DNA from: Sedimentisphaerales bacterium
GTDB lineage: Bacteria > Planctomycetota > Phycisphaerae > Sedimentisphaerales > Anaerobacaceae
DNA length: 24,000 nucleotides
Direction: 5' to 3'
Assembly (NCBI GenBank): GCA_035527845.1
Contig: DATKZT010000083.1
Coordinates: 7,304 to 31,303 of the forward strand
A program made the translations under genes and the position numbers. The notes beneath the pieces are model-generated. The model did not search any database. It was not told the origin of the DNA and saw only the letters and a list, made by a program, of their open reading frames with translations. Numbering within the stretch: position 1 is the stretch's first letter; each line of letters opens with the position of its first letter. This document shows positions 21,234 through 24,000 of the stretch, one piece after another.

Positions 21234-23999
21234 TCACATCCCCTCCAGCCACTGTGAGCCCATTACGGCCAGGTCCTTGAAATTGATTGCGCCGTCCTCG
21301 TACAGGTCCGCCAGAGAGTCTATGGGTACGTATGCATCCCCGCCGTCGTTTACAATGTTCAGGATTTCACTTTCTGAAAGGGCGTAACCGTAGATTTTGA
21401 AGTCATCGATATTTCCCGTGAAGCCGTCGTGCAGACCGCTGGCATTTCCGGGCGCCCGGTCGGCTGATACGCCGAGATACAACAGGCCCGGTGTGGCCAT
21501 CACGCTGCCGCTGGAGTTGCCCTGTGATTTCGGCCAGCCGTTTACGTAGATGCGGAGGTTGCCGGCGTCTCTTACAAATGCATAGTGGGTCCATTCGGTG
21601 TGGCCTGACCAGTCCAGCCCGTAGGAGGTGCTCTGGCTGTCATCGCGGAACACGAAACTGCCGTTGTCGCTTGTCGTCTCGACCGCCAGAACACGCGGCC
21701 CGCCGGAAGTGGATACGTAGTCCCACTGCCTGAACTCCCACATGAACGCGCCGCTGTCGGGAGTCTCATCCACGTGGGCGTTCCTGATCCAGAGGGCGAC
21801 GGTTATCTCCTGAGAGATACCGCCGGCTGTGAAAATGGCGGGATCAAGCCAGATTCCGGCGGTTCCGAGGCCGGGCCAGAAATGGAAGGAGTTTCCTGTT
21901 CTTCCGGTCTCGCTGCGTGTGCCGACGTCCCCGCCGGTCCAGTAGACATCGATGAAGAAATAACCATGGTGGCCTTTGCCGCTGCTGTCGGTCACCATAG
22001 CCCCGGAAGAATCTTCGAACATAAAGTGCAGCAGAAGCTCATCGCTGTTCGGCTCGGTCGTTGGCATGTAATATCCGGCGTCGAGCCAGTCAAGGGCGAG
22101 GAGTCTCAGGTCTTTTTCATTTACCGCACAATCCCCGGTGATGTCGGCGGTGATAATTCCCTCGTCGGGTGGGAGAGAGGTTTCGCCTACATAAGAGCCG
22201 TCGGAGAAAAGGTATGCTTTTTCGGCCTGACCGCACAGACTCCAGTGATAGGAATTGCCGTCGGCCACGAAACCGCTGAAGTGGCGTGAGGGCAGGTCCC
22301 TTGGCGTCGGGTAGCTGTCCCAGCGAGATTCAATTCTCTTGTGGCCGTTGGACCAGTAGTGCGTCCATGTGCCGACATTGTTGACGTCGTCGTGGTTCCA
22401 ACTCCAGATTTTGGCTCCGTCGGGGCCGTAGAATGTCTCGATGCCTGTTTTCGTTCCGTTGACGTATGTTGCCTCGTGCTCTTTCGTGCCGTCTTGATAA
22501 TAGGAGGTGGATGTACCGTGCAGCAGATACCGGCCGTTCGGACAGGTGCGGGAGCTCCATTGTGCTTTCAGGGCGCCGCCGGGATAGTGCTCATTATAGT
22601 CGCTCACCGTCCCGCCGGTGGTCTCAGGGGTGATGTCACCATCTTCGGAGAATATCCACGCTTCGTTTAGTTCGTAATGCAGGCACGGATGCGTCATGGT
22701 TGTCAGAATATGGAGGACTCCGCTTGGCGCCTGTCGGATTGTGGAATAGCCGATGGTGCCGTAGTCGCGGTCGGATTCGTGAGGGAGAGTGACCGGCAGG
22801 TTCTTTATATGCCAGCTTGCTGCGTTGTTGTCTGAGATGGCGACGAGGCAGCCGTAGTCGTAAGTGCTTCCCGGTGGCTTGTAATCATCCTTGCGTTGAG
22901 CGTCGCTGCAAAAGGCGAGCTTTCCGTTGGCTAGGCGAATCAGGCAGGGTCTCTGATTGCTGCCCAAAGGTGAAAAGACGGTCGGACCTTCATCTGGCCA
23001 CGTGGCGCCCCAGTCATAGGACTTGTTCCACGGCATCCAGCCGCTGATGTCACTGTTCTTGCCGCCGAGCGAGAGCAGTTCACCTGAAGCGCCTATAGGC
23101 ACGATGGTCGAGTGGCGTCCGTTCGTTCTGCCGCCCATATCGTACCAGGTGACGCCGTTGTCGGAGCTTCGCCAGACTATGCTGTCTGCGCTGGCGCCGT
23201 CCGTGACCATGTATATCGTGGTGCTGTCTTGTCGCCAGCCGTTAACGACGGGCTGTGCGGTGAAACTTGTGGCGGGGATGGGGAATCCGGGGCGCTTAAG
23301 GGTCCATGCTGCGCCGTTGTCTGTCGAGGTTGACATTACGAAGGGGCGTTTCTCGTCACCTGCGATTCGTCCGCCGCCGAAGAAGCGGATGGTGCCGTCG
23401 TCTTCGGTCCACAGCAGGCCGCTCGTATCGTTCATTCGTTTCATATCGTAGAGTATTTCGGGCATATCCCACTGGTTGCTGCCGTAGCGGAGGCGGGCCT
23501 GGCAGAATCTGACTTCGGGGCCGTACTCGCTGCCGCCGGTGAACCAGACGGCCAGGGCATCGCCGTTGGGCAGCACCTCGAAGCCGGGGGAGTGATTATG
23601 CGCCGTGACTATGGGGTCGCAGCCCAGCATTGAGGCAAGGCCGGCGTCGGAATTATCCGGCGGGATAGGCATGGAGAAGCGCACAGTAAAGTATGGGACG
23701 CCCGGGTCTGGCCCCTGCAGCGCCGGCGCCGTGCTCTGCTTGAGAGCGGCCTGACAGAACGGCCCGGGCAAGACATCCGTTTCCTCGGGCGGGTCGTGCT
23801 CGAAGACCAGACGAAAGCCACACGGACCAGCTTCCGGAAGCTGCAACGGCTGGTATCTCGCATTCGTGGGCAAGGACCAGCGATTGATACCATCGTTGCG
23901 AATGACCTTGATTATTCCGTTGGCCGGCCCCACCGGGTCCTTAACCGGGCTGTGCGGATACTCGCCGTGCCAATCCCGAACCCATTCCCTGCCGGTCAT
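21234..23999 (-). CDS. Multidomain secreted protein, 5'-partial: FGE/SUMF1-type domain C-terminus, BNR/Asp-box beta-propeller (sialidase-like), MORN-like repeats, dockerin-like motif, LamG/ConA-like domain, C-terminal dockerin-like motif
   Basis: - FGE-domain end: EWVRDWHGEYPHSPVKDPVGPANGIIKVIRNDG...GFRLV. The domain is truncated by the window edge, so the gene probably continues past 24000.
- Asp-boxes: STDNGAAW, SSDNGVTW, SYDWGATW, SDNNAASW.
- MORN-like: YYQDGTKEHEATYVNGTKTGIETFYGPDG.
- LamG end: GNIDDFKIYGYALSESEI.
- Dockerin-like: DCAVNEKDLRLLALDWL and DGAINFKDLAVMGSQWL. Confidence 0.8.
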   Translation of the reverse strand: MTGREWVRDWHGEYPHSPVKDPVGPANGIIKVIRNDGINRWSLPTNARYQPLQLPEAGPCGFRLVFEHDPPEETDVLPGPFCQAALKQSTAPALQGPDPGVPYFTVRFSMPIPPDNSDAGLASMLGCDPIVTAHNHSPGFEVLPNGDALAVWFTGGSEYGPEVRFCQARLRYGSNQWDMPEILYDMKRMNDTSGLLWTEDDGTIRFFGGGRIAGDEKRPFVMSTSTDNGAAWTLKRPGFPIPATSFTAQPVVNGWRQDSTTIYMVTDGASADSIVWRSSDNGVTWYDMGGRTNGRHSTIVPIGASGELLSLGGKNSDISGWMPWNKSYDWGATWPDEGPTVFSPLGSNQRPCLIRLANGKLAFCSDAQRKDDYKPPGSTYDYGCLVAISDNNAASWHIKNLPVTLPHESDRDYGTIGYSTIRQAPSGVLHILTTMTHPCLHYELNEAWIFSEDGDITPETTGGTVSDYNEHYPGGALKAQWSSRTCPNGRYLLHGTSTSYYQDGTKEHEATYVNGTKTGIETFYGPDGAKIWSWNHDDVNNVGTWTHYWSNGHKRIESRWDSYPTPRDLPSRHFSGFVADGNSYHWSLCGQAEKAYLFSDGSYVGETSLPPDEGIITADITGDCAVNEKDLRLLALDWLDAGYYMPTTEPNSDELLLHFMFEDSSGAMVTDSSGKGHHGYFFIDVYWTGGDVGTRSETGRTGNSFHFWPGLGTAGIWLDPAIFTAGGISQEITVALWIRNAHVDETPDSGAFMWEFRQWDYVSTSGGPRVLAVETTSDNGSFVFRDDSQSTSYGLDWSGHTEWTHYAFVRDAGNLRIYVNGWPKSQGNSSGSVMATPGLLYLGVSADRAPGNASGLHDGFTGNIDDFKIYGYALSESEILNIVNDGGDAYVPIDSLADLYEDGAINFKDLAVMGSQWLEGM

Positions 24000-24000
24000 G

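Overview
This 24-kb window looks bacterial. The domain repertoire suggests a PVC-superphylum-like organism, which is an inference only. Composition is mosaic: hand-counted 60-nt lines range from about 30-47% GC to over 60% GC between neighbouring genes.

Left part: two secreted hypothetical proteins, an iron-type alcohol dehydrogenase and a small ABM monooxygenase.

Centre:
- A 1387-aa ECF sigma factor is fused through a TM segment to at least 9 CarboxypepD_reg-like repeats.
- A zinc-ribbon / Ala-Glu-Arg-Gln coiled-coil repeat protein follows.
- The key item is a 555-aa secreted protein (11109-12776, minus strand). It is collinear, motif by motif, with the eukaryotic gamete fusogen HAP2/GCS1 (fusexin, class II fusion fold). 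It ends in a dockerin-like motif instead of a C-terminal TM anchor.

Right of the fusexin-like gene lies a 1.45-kb ORF-poor, repeat-rich stretch, then an intact tRNA-Lys(UUU). Next is a compact ~6.7-kb integrated element carrying int, an xis-like HTH, a capsid-like gene, an RHH gene, TerL, a Rep gene with intragenic palindromic iterons, and a CsrA-like ORF. The element is bounded by 41-bp direct repeats that duplicate the 5' half of the tRNA rather than the 3' half, and it supplies its own tRNA promoter.

Right end: a 5'-partial FGE / BNR-propeller / MORN-like / LamG multidomain protein.

All family calls come from motif recognition by eye. No searches were run.
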